A stretch of 64,000 nucleotides of DNA from Trichoplax adhaerens. Taxonomy: Eukaryota; Animalia; Placozoa. The translations under genes were made by a program, and so were the position numbers. A model generated the notes under the pieces. That model saw only the letters and a list, made by a program, of their open reading frames with translations. It searched no databases and was not told the origin of the DNA. The stretch covers positions 220,678 to 284,677 of the forward strand of contig NW_002060946.1 of the NCBI RefSeq assembly GCF_000150275.1, read 5' to 3'. Of this stretch, positions 47,301 to 61,724 are shown piece by piece. How positions within the stretch are numbered: position 1 is the first letter of the stretch; each line of letters starts with the position of its first letter.

Positions 47301-48394
47301 TATTAATCATATTCAAGTTATGTCTATATTATCTCATCATTTAGGTAAAAGCTATCTTTGCCACTTTTGGGATTGCTGGTGAAGCAGTACTCATGCTAGT
47401 TAGAGCAAGAGTTACTTTTAACTGCATCGATGGCGGTACAAGATGCAGTGTAATACCTTACTGTAGTACAGCATGCTAGCCGAGAAGATTTCGCTAGCCA
47501 TACGTTTCTGCCAACAGCCATACTGTTATGGTAATACAGAAATTAAAAGAAAAGTACAAGAATGCATCATTATGCTGTATTTGCAGTTCTAATAAATATG
47601 GGAAATTTTTGTTTGTTTTGCTGGCAAACCAGTATCGTCTTGTCTCATGGTCAGCAGCGCTAAGCATCAATACACAGTGATTTACAAACTTTTAAAATGA
47701 ATGATGATAACGTGCTGAGTGCTTTGCGTAGTATTTACTAATTATGCCACTAGAGTGCAATCATGGAGCAGTACATCAAAATAAGCTATAAAAGATATCT
47801 TCCACTTGATGTACCTATTGTAACTTATATTGCTCTACACAGTAGTTGTATTTTAATCAGCGACGAGCATTTCCTTGCTACTTGCTAACAAGGCGATGGA
47901 TATGACCTGATAAAATAAAGCAGTGGTACAGCCTATCCATAAAATCAATTCCAAGTAGACATACTGTAGAATAGTAGTCATGAAGATCTGTATCAGGAGA
48001 TGATTGATTTTTACTCTTTAGAATCAGCAATCTACAATAGCATCGGGATCGAATGCATACTTGGACTTTATCCTTTATTCAAAATAAGTAGTGCGATATG
48101 ATAATAATATCCTGAAAGCGGCAGAGCGGATACTGGCTAATTACTCGTAGAATTAATGATTACTGTACACGAAACAACTTAGGTGAAATCGATCAAGATG
48201 TTGAGCTGACAAATAAAGCTACTACCGCTATCATTTCCTAGTCAATGTTGAACAGTCCAATCTTTAAAATGCGTTTCGATCCAACCTATTTAAGCTGTCA
48301 TCAATAGGCTATCGAACGTCCAATCTATGCCAATGATAATTATAATTTAAGAGCTGTATTTGATTACGCTAAGGATTGCAAATACGCCAGACTG

Positions 48395-48600
48395 AGGCAG
48401 AGGAATAGCCATGACAGCTGCATGTGGATGATAGGGTAATACCTACGGAGTGATCTAGCTTTAGCAGCCATCAAGAGGCTATAGAATATCTGAATCATGC
48501 CCATGATCATTTAAGAGCTGAGCTTGATACTGCTAGCTTACTATAAATATGGCAGAGTCAGTTCGAGAAATAGCCATGGCTGTACCATGTGGATGATCGA
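48395..48600. repeat. Short direct duplication, ~155-bp period, upstream of the Rab8-like gene
   Basis: ggcagag..aatagccatg..catgtggatgat occurs twice. Confidence 0.6.
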
Positions 48601-48896
48601 GTATTAATTATGCCTACACTGCACTGTTTAGACAGCACGATGGGTGGGTGGAATGAGAAAAAAACATTTTGCTAAAAGCTTCTTTCTGTATAAAGCCTGC
48701 AATCTGTTGGGCTGTTTGCTACCATGCTTTTGCTACTAATCCACTACGCGCAAACGCCGCAACGAAGCAATACCTAACAGACAGACTGAAAAGACCTGAC
48801 CAATAATTCATACTCTATAGAATCCAAGAAACAACTATACGACAAGGAAAGTAGCAGCAAGGCGAATTTTTGGTCAGTCTATCTCCATCGTTCACC

Positions 48897-51800
48897 ATGC
48901 CGCAGCCATTAGAGACTTTTGACCATAATTATAAAGTATTAATAGTTGGTGATAGTGGCGTTGGTAAAACGTGCGTCCTCTTAAGGTTTAAAGACAATGA
49001 TTTTCAGTCAACGCTTTTAAGCACCATAGGTAAGTCTTGTGATTATTCTTATTAGCAATCTATTCTAGGCTGATTAATTGATAGGACATACTAATGTAAA
49101 TGATACAGTGATTGCCATCCATTACGTCCATGATGAGTGCCAATAGAGCGGAAAATGGACTCTGTAACATTCATTAATTAATTATAGATCGTCTAGTATC
49201 ACATTTGTTGATCGTGATCAATGGCGAGTAGTGTATGGATGTTGTATCCAAGTTTCCATCACCGGTTATAAAGTAAAGGAATAGCAACACGTTGTAGCTC
49301 ATCTTGTCAATCATCGCTCTCGATCATAATCCTTAGCAACTCAATAGAGTTGTCCATTAAGAGCAATAGATTATGAGATTGCCTTCAAAATTCATCGGTA
49401 GAGTGTAGATTCTACTGTAGAACCACTGTCTACATTACCTTGATGATCATCATTATTGCAATGGATAGAAATGATTATTCGGCTACTGATGAATTTACAT
49501 AGTAATACATGTCCAATTCTTGACAGTGCTGTCCATACCGTATCATGGCTAAATTTGCAATCGCTAGAAATGGATTTGACATCAGTTCAACTGGCAATGA
49601 CTATGCTTTATTTGGCATTAACCATTCGATAGCGATGTCCACGATTAGAGCAATACCTTATAAAAGCTATTCCTATCACGATAATAACGGATTGCAATCG
49701 ATCTGATGATGTCATTTTATATAGTATCGAAGTACTGGCTATTAGATGGCGTAGGACTTTTACGATTACGATTAGAACTCATTCCAGTTGATGTGAATTC
49801 AATTATTTAACACTAGTATGACCAGTGGCGATTGCTTGATATGGTATTGATCGTCAGATGTCGATTTCTGCCACTGTTGATGATTATGATAATAATTCAT
49901 TCTCATCGATATGAATTATTTGGTATGGTATTGAGTATCCCATGTCGATTGCGAGAATAACTTATTCCAATCGATATGAATTACTGGACGCTAGTTAGTC
50001 ATGATTATTAGTCATGGTATTGGCTATCCGATTTCTTCGACTGCTAGTAATAACTCATTCCAATCGACAGGCATCAAGGATACTAGTTAGTGATGTGATT
50101 GGGATAGGGTATTGATCATCCGATATTGATTTATATAGTGATAATCACTCATTCAAATCGATATGATCTCTTTGACACTAGTTAGTCTGCTAGTGATGAT
50201 TCTATAGGGTATATATTTTAGAGGATGCAAAGGTCATATGAATGGTCCCCAAATGTTTACCATCAACACTGAATCGTTCCGATAATAATTTTACTACTGG
50301 AGCATGAATTATTTCACATAGTATTGATCATCCGATGCCGACTTTGATGACTACTACCTACATATACCGTATAATGGATAGCCATCGATCGATGAATTTT
50401 CCAAATCTATTGGATCCATCATTCTTATTTATCATGGTTTTAATCCTCATCCGATGTCGATTTCTATCACTACGGCAATCGGACTAATGACTAGTAGCAA
50501 TCGGTATGAAATAGTTGACACTAGTTAGACTAGTGGTAAATATTATTTTGACTGCTGCAAATACCGTATAATGGATAGCCATCGATGGATGTATTTTCGA
50601 CATCCGTTTGATCCATCATTCTTATTTGATATGGTTTTGATCATCCAATATCGATTTCTACCTCTGCGGCAATGAGCCTAATGACTAGTAACAATCGATA
50701 TGAAATAGTTGACACTAGTTAGACGATTGGTAATTATATATTTATATTTTGACTACTGACTGTAATACTGTATAATGGATAGCCATCGATCGATAAATTT
50801 TCCACATCCGTTTGATTCATTAGTCTTACTTGACATGATTTTAATTATCAGATGTCCATTTCTACTACTGCGGCAATGAGACTAAGGACTAGTGGCAATC
50901 GATATGAAATAGTAACGCACACGAGTTAGACGATTGGTAGTTATTTTCATTATACCTACTGCAATATCGTATAATAGAAAAGCATCGATCGAGGATTTTT
51001 CAACATCCGTTTGATTCATCATTCTTATTTGACATGGTTTTAATCATCAGATGTTGATTTTTACCAATACAGCAATGAGACTAGTAACTAGTAGCAATCG
51101 ATACGAAATGGTTGATACTAGGTAGACTAGTGGCAATTAATTATTTTATATGGTATTGGTGATCCCGTGTCGATTTTTAGGACGACTGATTGCTATCGAT
51201 ATGTAATTGACACCGGTTTGATTCATGATGATTATATATAATTATTTTATTGGGTATTGACGTACGGGTAGCCGGTTTTATCATTACCAATAAAATTGCA
51301 GTCGATATCAAATCTTTGGCGCTAGTTGGACTTGTAATGATTAATTACTTACATCGATAGTATTGGCCATCACATGTCGAGTTTTACATCGACAGTAATA
51401 AACGGATTGCTATCGACATGCATTATTTAACGCTAATTTGACTAATGATGATTATTTTCCATCGATAGTAATAACGGATAGCTATCGACCTGAATTATTT
51501 GACGCTAGTTTGATTAGTGATGATGTTTTTAATCGAAACTATTGCCTATCAGCTATCGATTTTTACCACTACTGTAATAACTGATTGCTAATGACTTTAC
51601 GGTAATTATTTTGACGTTTGACTAATGATGCTTATTTTACATCGATAATATTGCCATCAGATGTCGATTTTTACCACTGCTATAATACCTGATTGCTATC
51701 GTGATGAATTGATTAGTTTAAATACTGTACATATTCGTATACTCGTATTTATTTAACTTTGATCCAGTGTCAGTTTTCACCATGACTGTAATAACTGGCA

Positions 51801-54083
51801 GCTATCGAAAGGGGTGAATGAACAGTTGCATACTAAACATGCACTTTCCGCTGCACGCTAGACTGCATAGTCAATTAGTAACTGCTGTGGATTTTAATCG
51901 ATTCGATATGCCGGGCTATCTTTTAAAGATAACGTAGAGAGAATTACTTCCTAATGAATAGCCTGAAAATAACATACAGGAACATTGATGAAAGTATTCT
52001 AAAAATGTAATTACGCTCCTAATTTATAAACGATGGAATGGCTATTATTCTATGAAAATTGTACAGTACTTCTTGATAGAAAATTCACTCTCGGTATTGT
52101 TATTCATTTATAGTTATAGAGTTATGATATATCTTGGTTATAATTGACATAGTGCTTATGGTTAAGGAAATGTTTCATTATATCTTTGAAATACGTAATA
52201 ATTTTCATCATAAACCTCTCCACAAATTTTTTTAGTAAAAATAATTTGACAATATAATAAGTTTATAACATGGATTTATTGAAGCAGAGTTGTCCCTAAA
52301 TTGAGTGACTAAATTCTGCGTAACATGGACCAAATGTGATACAAAAAATAAATCTGTTGCATTTTTATTTTATTTTTTGTATCTAGCAAGACATTTTAAA
52401 ATACGGGTAATTTGTATAAAATGAATCAGCCTAACTTCGTTAATGATACACTACCGATGCTGAACAATATGCATACTGTAAACCTAGGATAAGTTAACAA
52501 ACTGAATAATGACTTATCGTGGATATTATTTGTAATGTCCGCATAAATATTGAACCTGTTTAATTGCATTGGCCATTATCCAAGATACGGCCATAATTAC
52601 TTTCAACGAATTATGTACCATCTGTAGGTATTGATCTAGTCAACAAACAAGTCGTCGTTGATGATAAGAAAATTATGTTACAGATATGGTAAGATTTTGA
52701 TTTCTTGTTGAATCTCGTTTTTCATATTAATAACTCGTATTCGATGGTGTTAAAGAATTTGATCAGATCGTATCCGTACTGTGTTACTATAAATTTACTC
52801 TGTAGGGATACTGCCGGTCAAGAAAGGTACAAAACTCTTACTAAAGCTTTCTATCGTGGTACTTCGGTAAGGAAAGAATATCATTATAATCAATCACGCA
52901 GCTAATGAAAGTAATTTCAATCAAGAATATGCTATAGTGACCAAAAATTTCGCTAAGTATCTGAATGTAAAATTTCTCTTAGGGCATACTACTTGTTTAT
53001 GATATTACAAAGAAGAAGTCATTTGATAATATCCGTTACTGGATGAAATGTATTGCTGATGTTAGTATATGTGATAAAAATTTTGTTAACAATTATTCTA
53101 AATAAATTGACGGTATTCTTGAGTACGGAATAGGCTGATAAAGATACGCTTATCAAAATATGAATAAATTGCCTAACGTAGTATAAACTCTAACTTTGAA
53201 GTGTTATAAGATCTTATTTAATGCTAAATACTGAAACAGTGTCTTAATTCTTTATCATTGTTTTAGTGTTACGATGGCGATTTAGAAAATGCACCGATAC
53301 TCTTTATAGTTGGTAACAAGAATGATTTACCCAGAGAACGGAAAATCAAATACGATGATGGACAATTAGTGAGTAATCCGCACATCAATTTCAATTACAG
53401 CTAACCAACCTATAGCAATTTTCTTATTGATATATTCACATAAACACTTTTCACTGAAATTAATAACGAAGCTCATCAGAATTTTACCTTTATAACCCTT
53501 AATATGCTCAGTAAGAAAAAAATATTGACTCTGTTCTATTAATAAATTTTTACAGTTAGCTATAAAATACAGTGTCAAGTTCTTTGAAACAAGCGCTTAC
53601 ACAAACTGCAATGTCAACGATGTAAGTCTTTTGATCTATGTAATCATAATCTAATAACTGTAAAATAGTCTTGTCTTACGCTTACTTACTTAAATTAGTC
53701 TTAAAAATGACAGTGCAATGTGTTTGTTTAAAGTTAATGGCCATTAAACAAATATTGATGATTATTATTAGGTATTTTACAGGCTGGCGGAAGATATGTA
53801 TTATAATGTAAGTTCATGGCAGTGCAATCAAATTACGGCTTTATATTAATGCTATAACATTTAACATATCTTCGTTCATTCTCATTATTTTAAAGATATA
53901 ATAATATCGAATTATATAATTCATAGTAGCGTTGGTAAATTATAAAATTTATAAATCTTTGTGTTGTTTTAGTCAACTGGTAAAAGACACGTAACAGGTC
54001 CTGTGTTTAATGGCACTATCAAAGTTGATAGGAAAAAATCGACTCAAAGGAAAGAAAGTGACGGTGGACATAGTTGTTGTTAG
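48897..54083 (+). CDS. Divergent Rab8/10/13-family small GTPase, 215 aa, CC prenylation motif
   Basis: Exons 48897-49029, 52628-52688, 52806-52866, 52983-53060, 53267-53368, 53556-53621, 53772-53807 and 53973-54083 total 648 nt. [35 protein letters not shown]; ends HSCC. Confidence 0.92.
49560..51800. repeat. Long degenerate satellite in intron 1 of the Rab8-like gene (~200-bp period in the core, shorter subunits at the edges)
   Basis: gtataatggatagccatcgat-like blocks at ~50369, 50566, 50770 and 50969; recurrent caatcgatatgaa..gacactagttag and tggtattgatc.tc.gatgtcgattt. Confidence 0.8.
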
Positions 54084-56382
54084 CCTCGAGTTATTTCAAA
54101 GTAATTTAACATATCCCTGAATTATCAATATTGAATAGTAGCTTTCACGACAATTTGCACGTCATGAAGTACATTTACTATATGAAATTGAAACGGTATA
54201 GTGTACATTACATTATGTGCATTATACTATGGAGATGCATGTATATATAGCGGTAATACAAGAGCAGAATAAACTCAAATGCCATACTCTGTATAGAACT
54301 ACTTTTTATAATCTATTTTGTTTATTAATCCTTGTGGCAAGTGCTAACAGTAGTATACTTTCCGTGACGAATCTCACAAGGTTTTGATATTTCAATGATA
54401 ACTTATTGTTACATAAATCGCTTTTTACGTATTATGATTCTAGAAAGTATACGGATATTTTAAAACGGCCTATAAGGATAAGTTGTTATAGCAAGTGATT
54501 CTAGTAAAATCATGATTTGATCTAAATACAGTTTTGAGATACGAGTGGTATCAGTGACAAGCAAACGTTGGGTATCACTGTATTTATGTCTTATGATTAA
54601 TTCGTAAAGCCTGACATAATTTCTCGTCTGGTATTAACCATATAATTATTTTAACTTTCAAGTTATTTAATAAGCTGCAGTTCTATAAGAAGATAAATCA
54701 TATCAAAGGTATTTCTAGTATTATATTAACGGATCTAGTTTATTTATTAAGCAGTAATATTTCGACTTAAAACCATATATAACGGAAGTGATAAAAAATA
54801 ACAAATGTATTAGCGATAGAATCAGTTTTAACCTATGTATTAATAACTTCATAACCAGAGTTGTTTTATTTTGACCATATTATTTGATTGATAAATGCTA
54901 CAAAGATAAAATTCAGTAACCAACTTGTATAAGAATTTGTATCAAAATGTATCATTAAGCATCGCAATAAATTGGTAGTAATGTTTGGAACTTGAAATAC
55001 ATTAAGCTGTTAATTGTTGCAAAATTGTTATACAGATATATATCTTAAGAAATAGAATACGTATTTTATAAACTTCAAGGTAATGACAATAAATTTGCTA
55101 AAGTTAACCAAGTGAGATATTGCCAACAACTATAATTTGTTTTTCATATTAGTGGTGCAGATGTTATACGCGTAAATATCGCTAGCTAAATTATAAGCTA
55201 ACACACGGGTCAGGCCAACTTATTCTAGAGCAAAAATATAGTCTCTCGTTGCCCCCTTCGCTGAACCTGAAGTTCAAAATATTGATTATGAATAAGTTCG
55301 AAACTATTTATTATAATTATGGGAAATGATCTGTAAGATAGAAACCTAACTATCAGTTTGCTCATTACAATGCTAGCGTAAAGAATCTGAACGTGTTGTG
55401 CAGGATAAATATCTCCGTTCAGTCATTACCTTAAGTCAACAATCTATTCGATTTTGATGAAATCTTGGATCATATCCCAGCTACTACTTGTTCAAGTTTT
55501 CGCGAAATTAGATTTAAGAAGAGGGTCTAAAGTACTTTACTGCCAATAATGAACGGGAATTTATTCAAAATCTTAGCCATATTAGGATTTTAACTGCATA
55601 TATATCTCACTAATTTATTTTCTAATCGAGTTTTAAAACAAATTTATGGCCTCCACAACTTAATTTACGGGAAGCTAACAACCGCAACACAATAAACCTT
55701 TTAAATTATTCTGACATCTCGAAAATATTTCTGCATAATCTAATTCTACCTTACTATAAATATGACAGCGATTCAATTAATTTAGAATTAAGCACAACCT
55801 AAACAAGTCATGCGAAATTGAAGGCATATGAATCTTGTTACTGCCAGATATTACCATTGTACATAGTACGAAATCAACACTAGTTAAAATGAGTAGGTTT
55901 AAAATTCAATCGGATAAACTATGCAAAAAATATCCCATAAGAATATAACACGTGATTTTAAAAATTATAAATTTACATTATTAAGCTCCGTTGAAGAGTT
56001 ATAAATATTATGTAGTCGCTACCTCATGCTATAATAGCAATTTAATAGACATACGGTCAGGGTATCAGTAACAACTTCAAAATGGAACTTCATGTTAAAC
56101 ATGAAAGTACGTAAACTCATATAATTTGGATTACGATACACTATATACATGTGTTGAAAGATGATATCATCACAAAAAATGATCCTTTTTCTTAATTAAA
56201 GGTTGCTGATTCTTTCTAGAAATTAGTTCACATTGCCACAACAGCCAATATTGTACCGATTAACTGTAAATACCAGTACACCTTTATAGTAATTAGAATA
56301 CGTTAAAATTACGATAGCTCTTCTATTGTAATAACTGCTATCTCTATATACAGATACATGGACTCTTTCTCCAAACAAAGCC

Positions 56383-59300
56383 TCAACAAGAGCATGAATT
56401 TGCTTCTTTCGAGTCATTCGTAACAGAATTTAATCGGCTAGATCCATCGATTTTATCGTTGCTATTTGATAATCCATCGATTACATGCTTATTACCAAGA
56501 GAATATTCCCTTGCTATCGCGAAGCAAACTTCTAAGAAAATTTCTGAAATGCCTGCGAAACGATATCGGAAAATAAGCTATCAGATTTAGTATATGTTAT
56601 TACACCTCTATTTCTTAATAAGATTCCTAGCTTTACCTTCGCCGGTAGCTGCAGAAGTTTCCATATATATGGCTGAATTATCATGGGCTAGTTCCAATCC
56701 ATCTTCTTTACTGACAACCCGTTGATCAGCTAAATCAGATTTGTTTCCAACAATGCCTAAAACTATTTGACGAACCCATAATTATCAGTTCATGTCAGTA
56801 AAATAACTTGTACATTATCATTTAAATTAATTTGAAAACTTACTCAAGGATTTATCAGACGTGTTTTTATGCAATTCTTTAGGTGATAAAATTAGAGGTA
56901 GTGTTTAGTTGATCACTTTTAAAGCATAAGTCACTTTAGATTTATTTTTGCAGCATAGGTTTATACTGCAAATATAAGTATATGCCTGTTTGCGATAGTG
57001 TTAGCATTATATTAGCAATACCTTCAATCCATCCTTTGGTAGCTTCAAAAGTACTAGAGTCAGTAATATCATAAACAATTATCGCCGCTTGTGCTTTGCG
57101 ATAGTAGAGTGGCGTCTATTGAAATAAACGATATATCAAATTATAGGCAGGTCAGCAACTATGATGAGAAAGGGTGTCAGAGAAATTTTAGACATAAATG
57201 TGACTATACAAAGCTACTCATGCACTATATTTTTTGCGTTAAAATTCTTACCATAGATCTAAACCTAAACGTGGAAAAAAGTATGCAGTTAGGTATGAGA
57301 AATGAAATTGTTATCATACTAGTAGTTATGTTACCTTTCTTGTCCAGCAGTATCCCAAATTTGTAAATGAAATTTGATGTTGTCAACGTGTCTGCAATTT
57401 ACAAACATTGAACAAATTACTTTAACGAATCTACAATTTAAAAGTAGTTCGTATTATTGTGATCAGTTAAGAAACTACTACAGCGATGTAGCTTGTTGCG
57501 ATCAGTCTTTTACTTTGGTCAAAGCCAATACACATCTAATTCTTTTCTGGTATTAGATTCAATTATTAGTGTTGTAGGAATTTCAATTCTATTTACTGTG
57601 AATGCATATTCAGTATACAGTATACACCTATCTAATGGATGAATATTTGCTACAGGCTGATCTTAAAAATGTTATCGGATCTAGTTGAAACTAAACAATT
57701 CAATATATCTGTGAAAAAGGATAGTATTATATTTGACTTACACAATATTTGTAAAAAAGGATGCTCCGATTGTGGAATTACAGGCTAAAGGATTCCTTCG
57801 TTTCAGGTAGCGCAGAACGATCGAGCTTTTCCCGACATCTTTTTTGAAAAAGATTTAATGTACAGTTAAATCAACTATTCATGTCATATGTTAATAACAC
57901 TGGACTCTTTGGCATGCTATATACAGTAAACCTACATCTCTACAGATACTACCACTATGTGAACTATTGCTGCCTTCAGCCTGCAAACCTTTCATAATTA
58001 CAATCGACTACTCTATACGTATAAAAAATAATATATGCCTGCATATATAAGTGATGTTGTAATCTAGATATTTAGGGCAATACTGCATTACTTCTAATTG
58101 AGTGAATATTGGTTGGTATACTATGGTTGAAATAATAATGGCATTCTTCAAAACTATCATTTTTACGTCATCGAGAGGACGATAATTTTATTTAGCTGAG
58201 TTATTCTATCGCACTACATTGTCTGTCCTTTCAATTTTGTTTATATTGGCAATCTTGCAGGTTACGTGTATCGATGTACGGGGATAATTTCCATATGTGG
58301 CATAAAATACTGCGATCTCAATACTGTACTATATGATGATGATTTTTATCCAAAGTGGTAGCAAAGTAGTTTGCATACATTGCTGTACTAAATGATGATG
58401 ATTTTTATCCAAACTGGTAGCAAAGTAGCTTGATACGTATTGTTGTACTATATGATGATAATTTTATCCAAACTGGTTTAGCAAAGTAGTTTGCATACAT
58501 TGTTCTTCCTATTTCGCTTGTACAGGGCATAAAATACTATAATATCTGGTGATAATTTCCATGCAAACCGGTAGCTAAGCAGATGTAATAAATTCTACAT
58601 GGCTAGGAAATGGAAGCGACAACATTACACTGTCTTACTCATGTTGATCTCAATCATAGGTGCAAATATTGACATGATTGCGACGCTGTACCACCATGAT
58701 AACAATACAGTGATAAAAATGGATCAATAAATTGACCGTCTGCTTATGGTTTGAAGGGATTTCAAGCATTCGCTGTCATCGTAAAATTTGATGTAAAGGC
58801 AGTAGTGGTTATTAGCTGTATGTGAGGTTCTTTCAAGCAAGCATCATTTTTTTTTTGATCACGTCATCATCAATGTTTGTTTTTACATATACTATTACGA
58901 AGCCTTGTATAGCAAGAATAGCTTCAAAATATTGGCAGTAAGCATCGTATTCCAATCTAGCATATTCGCAAGCATTCATCTAGTATTGATCCTTTTCATT
59001 CAATCCTTCTTAATCAGTGTTAATGGGATTGTTATGTTAAATTAGAATCGGCTTTTGACATGCTCTATTATCGAATTCCTAAACATTTGACTTAGAATTG
59101 ATTATACGCCCATGGTTCTACTGTCAGATCACCGAATTTATGTAAAAAAGAACTTGTCCATATAGTACAGTACGGCGATGTCAGCACTCAGCAGGACATC
59201 AATAAGATACTATTCACCAAATTTATGTGAATATAGAAGATGCTAGTAAGTTTTGTGTATCTTTCATCAGCATTTCTCTTTGCCGTAGAAACGCAGTTCA

Positions 59301-60931
59301 TGTACCCGTACGAGGCATAACTTCAATTAAGCAGTCAAAATGAACCAAAAATCTTGCATTGAATTGACTTTGTCGATATTCTAATACCAATCAATATATT
59401 CCATAGATTAAGAATAGATCGGACAGGAATGAGTTGTACTGTACTGTACAGATAGCGATTTGGCAGTTATTCATATCATACTTCAGATAACGATTCCATT
59501 CTACAATATTTGTAAACTATCGAGAAGGATTTACAAGAATTTTCCTTGTGTTAATGAGAGCGAAATAGACACAAGAAAGATTGATTATGTTGATATGCTA
59601 GTGCACAATCGTTCTTGCGTAGGCAATACGTAGACAAAGGGTATATGGGACAATTGCAAAGTCCAAACGTTTGGACTGTAATTAAAAGACAAGTAAAGTA
59701 GTAAAGACGAGTCCGAGTCTTATGACCATCACATGGGATCAATTGATAGGTGGTATCTCGATCGCTTGCCGATGTAATCGATCAAGTAGTGACATGAATT
59801 GATATGATGAGCTCAGCTATTAAAGCACTAGTTCACGGGCGAAGCGAGCTTTCTCTACCCGTTGAAAGCTGTTCATTCGTGTTTAGCAATAGTGGTGCAC
59901 TAACGAGTTCTTCGAAGTAACCAAGGGATTTACTTTCAATTTGGCTACGATTTTTACGTCAATAGATCCATACAAGCTTGTAAGGTTTATGTAAAAGTCA
60001 AGGGGTAATCGTGGTCTATTGAAATGGTCAAGAAATTCTAAGCAGCTTCATGAGTGTGTAGCAGATTCATGTACTGTACAGTAAGTAATCGGTATATTAG
60101 TTAGAATCTTCATTTTGGTTTGCAAATAGATCGATAGCTCATTACGAAATGTAGGTAAGCTAAAACTTGCCACGTGTACAAGTTGGAGACAGTATTGTAA
60201 AGGGAAGTTAGCTAGGCAATGCCTACAGTTTTGCTGATATCACGAAAGGAGTAGAAATTATCAGTTTATGGATCATCTCTCAATTATAGCAGCAAGGAAA
60301 AGATAGTGGCCACTTTCATGTTATTTTAATGATGCCTTCGTAGTTCATTATGCACTGCGCGTAGGCTTGAAATTGTCAACAGACAAGTACTGTACTGAAT
60401 GCCTATCCTCTTCTCATAGATAATTGAGTGTATTTTTCAGACATTGTCTACCTTTTACCTACTCTCCTCTATTCTATAAAGTATCGTTAAGCAATCTTGA
60501 AGGCAATGTTGGGATATACTGGGTCTCAGGCCTGCATTTTGCTGACGAGCGTATATACAGTACAATCGATCAAGAGGCGGTAGAAACCCAATCCATCGTT
60601 GAGCCATTGCTCACCGATTGGCTCGTCTATGGTATATCGATCGATAGAACCGCACTTTTGCTGTCCATTTCTGATTCAATTGAACAATTCAACAGTACAC
60701 TAAGTTATTTTTACACTAATTATATTATCAATAGTAGCTGATTCGATGGCTAACTTGTAGTTGATGTCATTATAAGAAGCTCCAAGCAAGCCTAAACTTT
60801 ATCTACAGTCACGAATGTTATCGTTATGATAAGATGGCAAGTAGACAGTAAGTTGATATGATGAAATCAGTGCATCACCTACCTTGACTTCCTAACATCA
60901 CAACCTTGGGCTCCATGACAGTTAAAGCCAT
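56383..60931 (-). CDS. Rab5-superfamily GTPase, RabX1/Rab50-like, 212 aa, CXC prenylation motif
   Basis: Exons 60931-60883, 57838-57742, 57391-57335, 57264-57252, 57115-57022, 56876-56844, 56762-56637 and 56552-56383 total 639 nt. [80 protein letters not shown]; ends CSC. The gene is absent from the ORF track because its exons are short. Confidence 0.88.
58322..58505. repeat. ~59-bp tandem repeat x3 in intron 1 of the RabX1-like gene
   Basis: tgtacta.atgatgat.atttt.atccaaa.tggt..agcaaagtag.ttg x3. Confidence 0.9.
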
Positions 60932-61724
60932 GCCTATTTACGCTCTCCTTCGAAGAAAGATTCTTCTTGTCAAGACTTTCACAGCTTTCAACTTGTTATC
61001 ACACTTGATAGCTTATTTTGCAACGACAAGGCCTAGCTTGAAATGAAAAAGTGCCGATGATGGAGACTACACTCACTATAATGATGTCTTGTACTTTATT
61101 CATGCAGTGTAGACCATAGTAAAGCATGCAGTGTATTATCATTCGATTAAACTACCGTAAAACAACCTATCGAATGATGGCATCGCATTCAAAATGGAAA
61201 TGGAGGCAAGCGATGATGAATTTTTCGACTCTTTTCCACAGTCTTGGCCTGATATTCAGAAATAAATTTAAACTTTTGCAAACCTCATACTACAAGAGTA
61301 GATAGTCTACAACAGTCTTTCTTGCCTTATAGGTTATTATGGAGGAGTTGCTATTGGAAACCTATCCTGGTCCAGTCTTGAGTTGCGTCCAATGGTCAAG
61401 GCTTGAATTCATACTGTACACTATTCATACTGACTACTGTATGGGGATTTACCTATTTCACCATCTGAAATCCCTATGCAACTATTCTTTTCAGCTCGAG
61501 CTCTCATACTTTGCTCTATACGACACACTACCTTATCCTACAGTATATTAAGGCATTCCTGTCACTAGCCCACTCTACGTGACCGCAATAGTGGCAATAG
61601 ACAAATCGATCGATGATGCATAATCATTTATACATAAATAAATAGAAATACTCTAGGATAAAGGCGGTGATGATGTCATGGAGTCGAAAATTCTTTCTTA
61701 TTCCGCACCGGTATTTACTGTGCA

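Noticed and set aside
57091-57556. Plus-strand ORFs of 91 and 60 aa
   Set aside because: Antisense to RabX1-like exons/introns; no motifs.
57900-58000. Candidate first exon (MKGLQAEG...) for the RabX1-like gene
   Set aside because: It does not supply beta1/P-loop residues; the exon at 60931-60883 (KVVMLGSQ, phase 1) does.
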